Shown piece by piece: positions 38,056-48,165 of a stretch of 64,000 nucleotides of DNA. Source of the stretch: Candidatus Eiseniibacteriota bacterium (GTDB lineage: Bacteria; Eisenbacteria; RBG-16-71-46). Each line of letters begins with the position of its first letter. Position 1 is the stretch's first letter. The position numbers and the translations under genes are program-made. The stretch spans positions 701,821-765,820 of the forward strand of contig OY970178.1 of NCBI GenBank assembly GCA_963707915.1, read 5' to 3'. Below the pieces are notes generated by a model that was not told the origin of the DNA, ran no database searches, and saw nothing but the letters and a program-made list of their open reading frames with translations.

Positions 38056-39381
38056 GTGGTGATGAACACGCAGGAGATGATCGATCTCTGCAAGCAGCAC
38101 ACGATGTACACCTGGGCGGCCACCGACCAGGTCACGCCACTGCCCGTCGCCCGCGCCCAGGGCGTCTACATCTACACGCCCGAGGGCCGGCGCATCCTCG
38201 ACTTCAACAGCGCAGCTGATGAGCGTGCTCATCGGCCACCACCACCCCCGCGTCATCGCGGCGATGAAGGCCCAGCTCGACGAGCTGATCTACGCGTACC
38301 CGCAGACCGCCACGGCGGTACGCGCGCGGCTGGGCAAGCTGATGGCCGAGGTCATCCCCGGCTTTCACACCTTCTTCTTCACGCTCGGCGGCGCCGAGGC
38401 CAACGAGAACGCCATCCGCGCCGCGCGCCTCTACACCGGGCGCCAGAAGATCCTGAGCCGCTACCGCAGCTACCACGGCGCCACCAACCTCACGATGCAG
38501 CTCACCGGCGACCCGCGCCGCTGGCCGAGCGAGCCCGGCTCCCCGGGCATCGTCCGCGTGATGGACCCGCAGCCCTACCGGTTCTCGTTCGGCAGGACCG
38601 ACGAGGAGAAGACCGCCGCGAACCTCGCCTACCTCGAGGAGATCATCGAGTACGAGGGCCCGCACACCATCGCGGCGATGATCATCGAGACGGTCACCGG
38701 CACCAACGGCGTGCTCCCGCCGCCCGCCGGCTACCTGCAGGGCCTCAAGCGGCTGCTCGAGAAGCACGGCATCCTGCTGATCTGCGACGAGGTGATGTGC
38801 GGCATGGGCCGCACCGGCAAGATGATGGCCTACGAGCACGGCGGCATCGTTCCCGACATCGTGCACGATGGCCAAGGGGCTCACCAGCTCCTACTTCCCG
38901 CTCGGCGCCATGGGCGTCTCCGACGCCATCGCCGCGCACTTCCGCAAGAACGTCTTCTGGGGCGGCCTCACCTACAACTCGCACCCGCTCGGCCTCGCCA
39001 CGGCGGAGGCGGTCATCCAGGTGATGATCGACGAGAAGATGATCGAGAACGCCGCCCGGCTCGAGCGGGTGATGCGGCGGGAGATGGACCGGCTCCAGGC
39101 GAAGCACCGCTCGGTGGCCGAGGGCCGCTGCATCGGCCTGTTCGGGATGATCGACATCCGCAAGAACGCCAAGCGGCGACTCGATCGCGCCGTACAACGG
39201 CAGCCACCCGGCCATGGCGAAGCTCCAGGCGTTCTTCCGCGAGAACGGCCTGTTCACCTTCGTGCGCTGGTCCAGCTTCACCTGCAAGCCGCCGCTGTGC
39301 ATCACCGAGGAGCAGCTGCTCGAGGGCTTCGAGATCATCGATCGCGGCCTCGACATCACCGACGCGGCGTTCGAAGGATAG
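38056..39381 (+). pseudogene. Class-III (omega) aminotransferase, likely beta-alanine aminotransferase; disrupted by three +1 frameshifts
   Basis: Four in-frame segments that concatenate into a roughly 440-aa class-III aminotransferase: frame 1 38056-38211, frame 2 38213-38863, frame 0 38868-39173, frame 1 39175-39381 (stop TAG 39379-39381). Confidence 0.8.
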
Positions 39382-39462
39382 GAGAGAAAGGCGTGACCGC
39401 AACACCCCGGTGCGAGCTCGCGGCAGAGACCGTGACTTCCCCGCTCCACGGCCGCAACCCCC

Positions 39463-40857
39463 ATGGCGATTTCGCACCTGTCGGGAGGTGACGTGCTGAA
39501 AGCCGCAAGACGGACGACCCAGAGGCTCAAGAACCTGACGGACATGGAGGTCGGGTTCACGCTGTCCCAGGCCATCGCGGAGGCCTCGCGCTGCCTGCTG
39601 TGCCACGACGCGCCGTGCTCCAGGGGTTGCCCCGCCGGCACCGACCCGGGCACGTTCATCTGGAAGCTGCGGGTCCGGAACGTCCGCGGGGCGATCCGGA
39701 CGATCCGGCAGAACAACCCGCTGGGCGGGGTCTGCGGCGTCGCCTGCCCGGTCGAGCGCCTGTGCCAGAAGAACTGCAGCGCCACCGGCATCGACCGGCC
39801 GATCGAGATCGGCCGGCTCCAGCGGTTCCTGGTCGAGCAGGGCTGGGGCATGGGGTTCGACCCCATCGCCCAGGCGCCACCGCGGAAGGAGTCCGTGGCC
39901 ATCGTCGGGTCGGGCCCCGCCGGGCTCACCTGCGCCGTGGAACTGGCGCGCGCCGGCATCCAGGCCACGGTCTTCGAGGCCCGACCGCGACCGGGCGGCG
40001 TGCTGCGCTACGGCGTGCCCCGGTTCCGCCTGCACGAGGAGTTCCTCGACCGCGAGCTCGAGGACGTCCGCAAGCTCGGCGTCACCTTCCGCTGCAACAC
40101 CACGATCCAGCGCGACCAGGCGGGACGGCTGCTCGAGAAGGGCTACGCCGCGGTGTTCATCGCCCCGGGGGTGTGGGAGCCCCGGCGCCTGCCCCTGCCG
40201 GGAGCCGGCCTCCGGAACGTGACCACGGCCACCGAGCTGCTCGCGGGGGTCCGCGCCGGCGCCGCGGCCGCGGTCGCCCGGATGGTCCGCAAGAAGAACG
40301 TCGCCATCATCGGCGGCGGCTCCGTCGCCATGGACGTCGCCAGCACCTGCAAGGCCCTCAGCGCCGCCAAGGTGTACTGCATCTGCCTCGAGAGCCTGGC
40401 CGAGATCCCGGCGTCGAAGGCCGATCTCGGCATGGCGCTCGAGAACTTCGTGGTCGTCAAGCCGCAGGCGCAGGTCACGCGGATCCTGGGACTGGCCGGC
40501 AAGGTCACCGGCGTGCAGGGCATCGAGACCGTGTGGAAGCGGCCCGGCTCGTTCGCGCCCGCCAACGCCCGGCCCGTGCCTGGCACCGAGTTCAAGCTGC
40601 GGGTCGACGCGGTGGTCTTCTCGATCGGCTCCGGCCCCGCCGCGGAGGGCCGGGAGCTCGCCGCCGGCCTCAAGACCGCCCGCGACGGGCTGATCCAGAC
40701 GAAGCGGGACGGGGTCTCCACCTCGAAGCCCGGGATCTTCGCCGGCGGCGACATCGTGCGCGGACCGGCGCTCATCGTGAACGCCGTGGCCGACGGCAAG
40801 GCGGCCGCGAAACGCATCCTCGAGTCGCTGGGCGCGGGGGAGAACCACCATGACTAG
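39463..40857 (+). CDS. preT: NAD-dependent dihydropyrimidine dehydrogenase subunit PreT (glutamate synthase small-subunit-like)
   Basis: N-terminal Fe-S cluster Cys motifs (EASRCLLCHDAPCSRGCPAGTD, CGVACPVERLCQKNC) matching E. coli PreT as I recall it; FAD/NAD Rossmann motifs (IVGSGPAGL, IIGGGSVAMD); start ATG 39463 or GTG 39493. Confidence 0.8.
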   Translation: MAISHLSGGDVLKAARRTTQRLKNLTDMEVGFTLSQAIAEASRCLLCHDAPCSRGCPAGTDPGTFIWKLRVRNVRGAIRTIRQNNPLGGVCGVACPVERLCQKNCSATGIDRPIEIGRLQRFLVEQGWGMGFDPIAQAPPRKESVAIVGSGPAGLTCAVELARAGIQATVFEARPRPGGVLRYGVPRFRLHEEFLDRELEDVRKLGVTFRCNTTIQRDQAGRLLEKGYAAVFIAPGVWEPRRLPLPGAGLRNVTTATELLAGVRAGAAAAVARMVRKKNVAIIGGGSVAMDVASTCKALSAAKVYCICLESLAEIPASKADLGMALENFVVVKPQAQVTRILGLAGKVTGVQGIETVWKRPGSFAPANARPVPGTEFKLRVDAVVFSIGSGPAAEGRELAAGLKTARDGLIQTKRDGVSTSKPGIFAGGDIVRGPALIVNAVADGKAAAKRILESLGAGENHHD

Positions 40858-42091
40858 TCACCGGGACCTCAGCGTCGAGATGTGCGGGGTGACGTTCCCC
40901 AACCCGTTCATGCTCTCGTCCTCGCCGGTCTCCAACACCGCCGAGATGATCGGCCGCGCGTTCGATCACGGTTTCGGCGGCACGGTCTACAAGACCATCG
41001 TCGACGACAAGACCAAGATCATCCACCCCTCGCCGCGGATGGCGAGCTACGACGTCGGCACCCGGCGGATCGTCGGCGTGCAGAACGTCGAGCAGACCAC
41101 CGACCGCTCGCTCGCCGACAACCTGGCCGACATCCGCTACCTCAAGAAGAACTGGCCCCGGCACGTGCTGATCGTGAGCATCATGGGCTTCAGCGAGGAC
41201 GAGTGGGTCATGCTCGCCCGGGCCAGCGAGGACGCCGGCGCCGACATGGTGGAGCTCAACTTCTCCTGCCCGCACATGACGGTCGAGGGGTCGGGGATGA
41301 AGGTCGGGCAGGCGATGGAGCTGGTCGAGCGGTTCACCGCCGCCGCGCGGCGCGCCATCCAGGTCCCGATCCTGGCCAAGCTCACCTCCAACGTCACCGA
41401 CATCACCGTGCCCGCGCGGTACGCGAAGAACGGCGGCGCGGACGGCATCACCGCCATCAACACCGTCCGGGCCCTCACCGAGGTCGGGCTCGACGACCTG
41501 GTCCCCAGGCCGAACGTGTTCGGCAGGGGCGCGATGAGCGGCTACTCGGGGCCGGCGATCAAGCCCATCGGACTCAAGTGCGTCACCGAGCTGGCCAAGT
41601 GCGCGGAGCTGGGCCTGCCGATCTCGGGCTGCGGCGGCGTCGAGACCTGGGTCGACGCGGTCGAGTACCTGGCCTGCGGGGCCTCGACCGTCCAGATGAC
41701 CACCGGCGTCATCCACTACGGCCAGCGCATCGTCGAGAGCCTCAACGAGGGGCTGGCCGACTACCTCGACCTGAAGGGACTCGCGAGCGTCGGGCAGCTC
41801 GTCGGCGCCGCCCTGCCCAACGTCCATCCCACCGACGCCTTCGACCTCACGCGCCAGGGCGTGGCCGACTACGACCTCACGCGCTGCGTCGGCTGCGGCC
41901 AGTGCTTCATCGTCTGCCAGGACGCCGGCGGCCAGAACCTGCGATGGGACGACCGGAAGCGGCGGCCGATCCTCAACGACGAGGGCTGCCTGAGCTGCAT
42001 GGTCTGCAGCTTCGTCTGCCCGGTCGACGGCCTGATCACCTACCGCGAGGTCAAGGACAAGAAGGCCGTCGTGCCGCCGGTCTCGGTCTAG
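40850..42091 (+). CDS. preA: NAD-dependent dihydropyrimidine dehydrogenase subunit PreA (DHODH-like TIM barrel plus C-terminal 2x[4Fe-4S] ferredoxin)
   Basis: DHOD-like motifs (GVTFPNPFMLSSSP, ELNFSCPHM, GADGITAINT) and two C-x2-C-x2-C-x3-C ferredoxin motifs; overlaps preT stop by 8 nt. Confidence 0.85.
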   Translation: MTSHRDLSVEMCGVTFPNPFMLSSSPVSNTAEMIGRAFDHGFGGTVYKTIVDDKTKIIHPSPRMASYDVGTRRIVGVQNVEQTTDRSLADNLADIRYLKKNWPRHVLIVSIMGFSEDEWVMLARASEDAGADMVELNFSCPHMTVEGSGMKVGQAMELVERFTAAARRAIQVPILAKLTSNVTDITVPARYAKNGGADGITAINTVRALTEVGLDDLVPRPNVFGRGAMSGYSGPAIKPIGLKCVTELAKCAELGLPISGCGGVETWVDAVEYLACGASTVQMTTGVIHYGQRIVESLNEGLADYLDLKGLASVGQLVGAALPNVHPTDAFDLTRQGVADYDLTRCVGCGQCFIVCQDAGGQNLRWDDRKRRPILNDEGCLSCMVCSFVCPVDGLITYREVKDKKAVVPPVSV

Positions 42092-42102
42092 CGGGAAGAC
42101 GA

Positions 42103-44130
42103 ATGGCTCGCGCCGCGATCGCCGCGATCGCTGCAGCACTGGCGTGGGGACCGGGGGCTGCCGCCCAGCCACCGGCGCCCCGCGCCGATTCCGCGGTCGT
42201 GCAGCTGCCCGAGGTCCTCGTGCGGGGCTCGCGCCCGGTCGTCACGCCGGGCGGGGCGGGGGCGATCACCGCCGCACTCGACTCGATCCCGCTGACGCCC
42301 GACCCGACGATGGAGGAGGTGCTGCGCGCGCTCCCGGGCACGCACCTGCGGACGAACTCCCGCGGCGAGGCCGAGGTCACCGTGCGGGGCTCCGAATCGC
42401 GGCAGGTCGCCGTCCTGCTCGACGGCGTCCCGCTGACCTTCGCCTGGGACGGCAGGGCGGACGTCTCCGTGATCCCGGTGCTCGCCGTCCGTGAAGTGAC
42501 GCTGGTGCGCGGCCTGTCCTCGCTGTCCCACGGACCGAACACCCTGGGCGGCGTCGTGGAGTTCGACACCCGCGACCCCGACCCGGCCGGCGTCCGGCGC
42601 GAGCTGCAACTGCGCAGCGGCGTGGACCAGTTCGGCGCCTACGGCGTGGCCGCTTCCGTGGCGGCGCCGCTGCGCCTGCGCCCGGGGGTCTTCACCGCCC
42701 GTGCCGGTGCGGGGTTCCGTGACTCCCCGGGCCAGGGGCTGCCCGGGACCGTCGCCGAGCCCGTGCCGACCGGCCGCGGCATGCGCCGCAACACGGACGT
42801 CCGGCAGGCCAACGGTTTCCTCTCCCTGCGTCTCGACACCGACGGCGGCGCGTTCCTCTCGCTGCTCGGCACCGGCTACCAGGCGGAGCGCGGCATCGCC
42901 GCCCAGCTCGGAGTCGCCTCCGCCCGGTTCTGGCGCTACCCCAGGCTGGCCCGCGGGATCGGCATCCTCTCCGCGGGCAGCGGGCGGCACCCGATGCCGT
43001 GGGGCGGGCGCGCCGACGTCCAGGTCAGCGCCGGGCTCGACCGGGGCCGGACCGAGATCGACGCCTACTCCTCGCGGCAGTACTCCACCGTGACCTCGCA
43101 GGAGGACGGCGAAGACCGGATCTGGACCCTGCGCTCCGTCGCCTCCCAGTCGCTCGGGCAGCGCGCCAGCCTGGCGCTCGGGTTCTCCCGCGGCGACATC
43201 CTCCACGACGAGGTCCTGGACGGCGTCCTCAACCCCTACGAGCAGCATCTCTGGGACGCCTTCGGCCAGGCGACGATCGGCCTCCCGGGCTTCGGTGCGG
43301 CGCGGCGTTTCGACCTGAGCCTGGGCACGGCGCTGGACGGCGCCAGCACGCCGGTGACGGGGGACAAGCCGTCGCTCGGGGACCTGCAGCGCTGGGGCGG
43401 GCGCTTCGGCCTGGCCGTGCATCTCGACGGCGGGACGACGGCCCACGCCAGCGTGAGCCGCAGGGCGCGCTTCCCGTCACTGCGGGAGCTGTACTCGGGC
43501 GGACTGAAGCGGTTCGAGCCGAACCCGGCGCTCCTGCCCGAGAACCTGCTGGCCGTCGAGACCGGCGTCACCTCGCGTACCGCTCACGGCGACCTGCAGC
43601 TGGTGGGGTTCCACCACCTGCTCTCGGACGCCGTCGTGAAGGTCCGTCTGCCGGGGCCGGCCAAGATGGATCAACGCGTGAACCAGCGGGGCATCCGCAG
43701 CACCGGCGCCGAGGCGCTCGCCTCCCGGGCCTTCGGCCGGCTGGAGCTCGGCGGGGACCTCGTGGTGCAGAGCGTCCGGGTGCTCGACCCGGCGGCCGGG
43801 CTCGCGCGGCCGGAGAACATGCCCGGGGTCATGGCGGGCCTCCGCGCGCGCGCGCCGCTCGCGGCGGGGTTGTCGGTGGCGACGGAGGTGCGTTTCACCG
43901 GGGAGCAGTTCGTGCTCGACCCCGACTCCGGTCTCGAGTCCCGGCTGGCCCCGGCGGGGCGATGGGACCTCGAAGTCTCCCGCGAGTGGCCGCTCGGCGC
44001 CGGGACCGCGTGGTTCGACCGCATGCAGGTCCGCGCGTCCCTCGACAACCTGACCGACGCCGTCCAGTACGATGCCTTCGGCCTTCCGCGACCCGGCCGG
44101 ACCCTCCGAATGGACGTCTGCGTGAACTGA
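42103..44130 (+). CDS. TonB-dependent outer-membrane receptor
   Basis: Signal peptide; plug-domain motifs (AEVTVRGS...VLLDGVPL); long beta-barrel with periodic aromatic residues; substrate unknown. Confidence 0.75.
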   Translation: MARAAIAAIAAALAWGPGAAAQPPAPRADSAVVQLPEVLVRGSRPVVTPGGAGAITAALDSIPLTPDPTMEEVLRALPGTHLRTNSRGEAEVTVRGSESRQVAVLLDGVPLTFAWDGRADVSVIPVLAVREVTLVRGLSSLSHGPNTLGGVVEFDTRDPDPAGVRRELQLRSGVDQFGAYGVAASVAAPLRLRPGVFTARAGAGFRDSPGQGLPGTVAEPVPTGRGMRRNTDVRQANGFLSLRLDTDGGAFLSLLGTGYQAERGIAAQLGVASARFWRYPRLARGIGILSAGSGRHPMPWGGRADVQVSAGLDRGRTEIDAYSSRQYSTVTSQEDGEDRIWTLRSVASQSLGQRASLALGFSRGDILHDEVLDGVLNPYEQHLWDAFGQATIGLPGFGAARRFDLSLGTALDGASTPVTGDKPSLGDLQRWGGRFGLAVHLDGGTTAHASVSRRARFPSLRELYSGGLKRFEPNPALLPENLLAVETGVTSRTAHGDLQLVGFHHLLSDAVVKVRLPGPAKMDQRVNQRGIRSTGAEALASRAFGRLELGGDLVVQSVRVLDPAAGLARPENMPGVMAGLRARAPLAAGLSVATEVRFTGEQFVLDPDSGLESRLAPAGRWDLEVSREWPLGAGTAWFDRMQVRASLDNLTDAVQYDAFGLPRPGRTLRMDVCVN

Positions 44131-44272
44131 GACGGCCGCGCGGGCCCCCACGATCACCGTGCCGCGAATGCGATCCCGAAGCGGCCGGCGGCGGCGACGC
44201 CGGGCGTGACGCGCCCGCGTCCCGTGCCGCCGGCACTCCCAGCGAATCCCGACGAGAGGAGAGACGACACCG

Positions 44273-45310
44273 ATGGCCCACCGATTCCAGACCCCCGCCG
44301 GCTACCGCCCCGCACTGACCGCCCTCGAGACGGAGAAGGCGATCAAGGAGGTCAAGGACTTCTTCCAGGCCGCCCTGGCCCAGGCCCTGAACCTGCGCCG
44401 CGTGACGGCGCCGCTGTTCGTGGAGGCCGGCACCGGCATCAACGACGACCTGAACGGGGTGGAGCGCCCGGTCACGTTCACCGTGAAGGACCTCGGGAAC
44501 ACGACGGTCGAGGTCGTGCAGTCGCTGGCCAAGTGGAAGCGGTTGGCCCTGGCCGACCTGGCGATCCCCGCGGGCGAAGGGATCTACACCGACATGAACG
44601 CCATCCGCCCGGACGAGACGCTGGACAACCTCCACTCCATCTACGTCGACCAGTGGGACTGGGAGCGCGTGGTGGTCGCCGGGGAGCGCAACCTCGACCT
44701 GCTGAAGGCGACGGTGCGGGACATCTACCGCGCCATCCGCCGCGCCGAGGCGTTCGTCGGCGAGCGCCATCCGGTCCTCGGCGCCAGCCTGCCCGAGGAG
44801 ATCACGTTCGTGCACGCCGAGGAGCTCCAGGCGCGCTTCCCGCACCTGTCGCCCTCGGAGCGGGAGACGCAGGTCGTCCGCGAGCACGGGGCGGTCTTCG
44901 TGATCGGGATCGGCGCGCCGCTGGCCGACGGCAAGCCCCACGACGGCCGGGCCCCCGACTACGACGACTGGAGCACCCCCAACGGGCGCGGAAACGGCCT
45001 GAACGGGGACATCCTGCTCTGGTACCCGGTGCTGGACGCGGTCTTCGAGGTCTCCTCGATGGGCATCCGCGTGACCCCGGAGTCGCTGCGCCGGCAGCTC
45101 GCGATGTCCGGGCAGACCGCCCGCGAGGGCCTCTACTTCCACCGCCGCCTGCTCGCCGGCGAGCTGCCGCTCTCGATCGGTGGCGGCATCGGGCAGTCGC
45201 GGCTCTGCATGCTGCTCCTGAAGAAGGCGCACATCGGCGAGATCCAGGCCGGCATCTGGCCGGCCCGGATGCGCGCCGAGCACAAGGAGCGCGGCATCCT
45301 CCTGCTGTGA
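44273..45310 (+). CDS. asnA: Aspartate--ammonia ligase (asparagine synthetase A)
   Basis: Strong collinear similarity to E. coli AsnA from memory (SLAKWKR, GEGLYT, RPDE, SVYVDQWDWERV, RAPDYDDWSTP, GLNGDIL, SSMGIRV, IGGGIGQSRL). Confidence 0.9.
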   Translation: MAHRFQTPAGYRPALTALETEKAIKEVKDFFQAALAQALNLRRVTAPLFVEAGTGINDDLNGVERPVTFTVKDLGNTTVEVVQSLAKWKRLALADLAIPAGEGIYTDMNAIRPDETLDNLHSIYVDQWDWERVVVAGERNLDLLKATVRDIYRAIRRAEAFVGERHPVLGASLPEEITFVHAEELQARFPHLSPSERETQVVREHGAVFVIGIGAPLADGKPHDGRAPDYDDWSTPNGRGNGLNGDILLWYPVLDAVFEVSSMGIRVTPESLRRQLAMSGQTAREGLYFHRRLLAGELPLSIGGGIGQSRLCMLLLKKAHIGEIQAGIWPARMRAEHKERGILLL

Positions 45311-45457
45311 GCCCGCCCCCGCGCCGGGTGGTGGCCGGGGTCGGGGTCCCGGGCCTTCGGCGCGCAGTTGGAAGTCGCCGCCGCTGCGCGTAGGCTCGGC
45401 GCGGCGCGGCGGGAGACCCGCGGCGGTTCGTCGGAACCTGGGAACGGGAGGGACTCG

Positions 45458-45874
45458 ATGAGACTCGGGAGCGTTTGCCTGGTGGCGGCCGCGATCACGG
45501 TGCTGGCGTGCGGCGAGGCGGCCGCGGTCAAGCGAGCGGCCCAGGCCCGGCCGGCCGTCCAGGGCGCATGGGAACTGGTGTGGCCGGAGAAGACCGGCCA
45601 CGAGCGGCAGATCAAGCTCATCACGCCCACGCATTTCACCTGGACCTGCTGGGACACGGAGACCCGCCTCGTGCTGGCGAGCGGCGGCGGCGGCTACACG
45701 CTGGTGGGGGACGGCTACTGCGAGCAGCTGCTCTTCGCCCAGGGTTACGCGGAGCACCTCGGCGGACAGGTCCTGTGCTTCCAGGTGAAGGTCAAGGGCG
45801 ACACGCTGTTCCAGTTGAGCCCCCCCGGCGAGGACGGCATGCGCTCGCGCGAGGTGTGGAAGCGGATCCGCTGA
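45458..45874 (+). CDS. Hypothetical small secreted/lipoprotein-like protein
   Basis: 138 aa; N-terminal hydrophobic signal with Cys (VLACGE); RBS gggaggga; no family recognised. Confidence 0.5.
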   Translation: MRLGSVCLVAAAITVLACGEAAAVKRAAQARPAVQGAWELVWPEKTGHERQIKLITPTHFTWTCWDTETRLVLASGGGGYTLVGDGYCEQLLFAQGYAEHLGGQVLCFQVKVKGDTLFQLSPPGEDGMRSREVWKRIR

Positions 45875-46218
45875 CGCATGGATCCGCGGCGCCGTCAGGG
45901 AGGCGGGAGGAGAGGGCCGGCGGTGCCGTCCAAGGCGATCCCATGCGACGGGCATCCCCGGGCGCTCCCGCCTCACCCGTCGTCGATGCTCCACACCCGC
46001 CGGGCTCCCGCCGGCCGCGTCGGCCCCGGTGGCGCCGCAATCGCCGCAGCGGCCACGCACCGTCCCTCTGGCACGCGTGATGCTGTAGCCCGGCGTGGGG
46101 TGGGGGGTGTGCGGCTCGGCATGCACCAGAGCATGACAGCCTCTCCGGGCCAGCCCCACCCGCCTCACCTGGCCGACGACACTTCACGCGGCTCCCTGGA
46201 CTCACCCGCCGAGAGGGA

Positions 46219-47103
46219 ATGGACACCATGCGCAGACCGATCACGCTCGCCATGGCCGCGGCCATCGTGCTGCTGGCCGGGGCCGCCGGCCTCTTCTTCA
46301 CCAAGTACATGACCACCAAGTACGAGTACAACGACGTGAAGAACGCCGAGGAGTCGGCCCGCTCGCAGTACGCCGACGCGTTCAGCGCCATCGCGGAGAT
46401 CCAGGACAGCCTCAACGCGATCGCCATCGGCGACCGCGGCCTCCCGATGGTCTCGGACGGGCTCCGGGCCGAGCAGCGCCTGACGCAGCCCAACAAGCGC
46501 GAGGCCCTCGAACGCATCGCCATGCTCAACGCGGGCGTCGAGCGCACCAAGGAGAAGATCCGGCGCCTCGAGGGGACCCTCCATCGGAAGAACCTCCGCC
46601 TGGACGGCCTCGAGAAGCTGATCGCCACCCTCAAGCGCGACCTCTCCGGCAAGGAGATGCTGATCGCGCAGCTCTCGGGCAGCGTGGACTCCCTGCAGAC
46701 CGAGGTCACCGGGCTGCAGGGCACGGTCGTGGCGAACCAGACCGCGATGCGGGTGCAGGAGCAGACCATCGAGGAGAAGCGGCACGAGCTCGCCACCGTC
46801 GAGGTCATCGTCGGGACCAAGAAGGACCTGACGTCGTCCGGCGTCATCACGGCCAGGGGCGGCGCGCTGGGCCTGGGTCGAACCCTGGTCCTCTCCGGCC
46901 GCTTCGACCAGGGCCGCTCCACCCCGCTCGACACCGACCAGGAGACCATCGTCCGGGTCCCGGCCGCGAAGGTGGAGATCCTGAGTCCTCAGCCCGCCTC
47001 GAGCTTCACGGTGCAGGCGGTCGGCGGCCAGACCGAGATCCGCATTCTCGACCCGATGGAGTTCCGGAAGGTCAGGCACCTCGTCATCATGACGAAGGCC
47101 TAG
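46219..47103 (+). CDS. Hypothetical membrane-anchored coiled-coil protein
   Basis: 294 aa; N-terminal TM (ITLAMAAAIVLLAGAAGLFF), long heptad-like central region, C-terminal beta-rich region; lower GC than neighbours; stop TAG lies within the IS target-site duplication. Confidence 0.5.
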   Translation: MDTMRRPITLAMAAAIVLLAGAAGLFFTKYMTTKYEYNDVKNAEESARSQYADAFSAIAEIQDSLNAIAIGDRGLPMVSDGLRAEQRLTQPNKREALERIAMLNAGVERTKEKIRRLEGTLHRKNLRLDGLEKLIATLKRDLSGKEMLIAQLSGSVDSLQTEVTGLQGTVVANQTAMRVQEQTIEEKRHELATVEVIVGTKKDLTSSGVITARGGALGLGRTLVLSGRFDQGRSTPLDTDQETIVRVPAAKVEILSPQPASSFTVQAVGGQTEIRILDPMEFRKVRHLVIMTKA

Positions 47104-47104
47104 G
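47099..47104. repeat. Target-site duplication CCTAGG (left copy) of the IS481-family element
   Basis: Identical palindromic hexamer immediately flanks both IS termini. Confidence 0.7.
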
Positions 47105-48165
47105 TGTGGAGTCTCAGGACGTTGTTCTCACCCGGGGTCGCAACCGACTGAAGGGTGGTAGGCCGTCCAGACTACCGTGTGGACGTCTCTGGTTGTAGTA
47201 GCGAAGCCAGCGGGGCAGGACGCGGGCCCGGACCTCGGAGGTCAGGTAGGCGGCCCCGTAGGCCCACTCGCGGATCAGGGTCTGGATGAAGCGCTCGGCC
47301 TTGCCGTTCGTCCTCGGGCGGTAGGGCCGCGTACGTTTGTGGACCAAGCGCAGCCGTTCCACCTCGTGAGCAAAGCAGCGCGCGAGGTAGCCCGAGCCGT
47401 TGTCACTGAGGATTCGGCGGATGCGGATGCCCAAGGTGCGGAACCAGGCCACAGCACGACGCAGGAACGCTGCCGAGGTCACGCCGGTCTCGTCCCGCAG
47501 CACCTCGGCATAGGCGATCCGGCTGCGGTCGTCGATGGCGACGTGCACGTAGTCCCAGCCCACCCGATGACCCCGTCGCCGGCGGTCTCCGGTGATGCGG
47601 TGACCGTAGAAGCCACTGATCCGCCCCAGTTTCTTGACGTCGAAGTGGAGCAGGTCCCCCGGGCGACGATGCTGGTAGCGGTTCGCGGGCTCCTGCGGCT
47701 CGAGCTTCTGGAGCCGTTCCAGCCCGGCGCGTTTGAGCACCCGCGCCACCGTTGCCCGCGGACGCTTCAGGTCCCGGGCGATCTGCGGCCCGGTCATCCT
47801 CGTGCGCCGCAGCAGCAGGATCATCTCCCGCCATTCGATCGGGGTCGCGTGGGGGTGGCGCCGAGGCCGCGAGCTGCGGTCCTGCAGGCTGGCCGAGTCC
47901 TCGGCCTGGTAGCGGCCCAGCCACTTGTGGGCCGTCCGGCGGCTGATCCCTGCGGCCGTGGCCGCTCGGGTCACGCTCCAGCCCGACTCCCGTACCCGGC
48001 CAACAAGCAGTGCTCGACTGGCAGGGCAGGTCCGTGCTCCACTGTGGAGGTTCATCCGGGGTTCCTCGCTGGTCAGACGTTGACGGCTTCGAACACCACC
48101 AACATCTGTCAGAAGGACCCCGGTTGAACAGTCTCAACCTGTGAACAACCTAGTGAGACTCCACA
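47105..48165 (-). mobile_element. IS481-family insertion sequence, 1061 bp, apparently intact
   Basis: Imperfect terminal inverted repeats beginning TGTGGAGTCTCA (left 47105-47129 vs reverse complement of 48141-48165, about 20/25 identical); single DDE transposase ORF; 6-bp CCTAGG duplication. Confidence 0.8.
47114..48055 (-). CDS. IS481-family DDE transposase (integrase core domain)
   Basis: 313 aa; N-terminal HTH; rve-type catalytic core (HFDVKKLG...DNGSGY...RTNGKAERF). Confidence 0.9.
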   Translation of the reverse strand: MNLHSGARTCPASRALLVGRVRESGWSVTRAATAAGISRRTAHKWLGRYQAEDSASLQDRSSRPRRHPHATPIEWREMILLLRRTRMTGPQIARDLKRPRATVARVLKRAGLERLQKLEPQEPANRYQHRRPGDLLHFDVKKLGRISGFYGHRITGDRRRRGHRVGWDYVHVAIDDRSRIAYAEVLRDETGVTSAAFLRRAVAWFRTLGIRIRRILSDNGSGYLARCFAHEVERLRLVHKRTRPYRPRTNGKAERFIQTLIREWAYGAAYLTSEVRARVLPRWLRYYNQRRPHGSLDGLPPFSRLRPRVRTTS

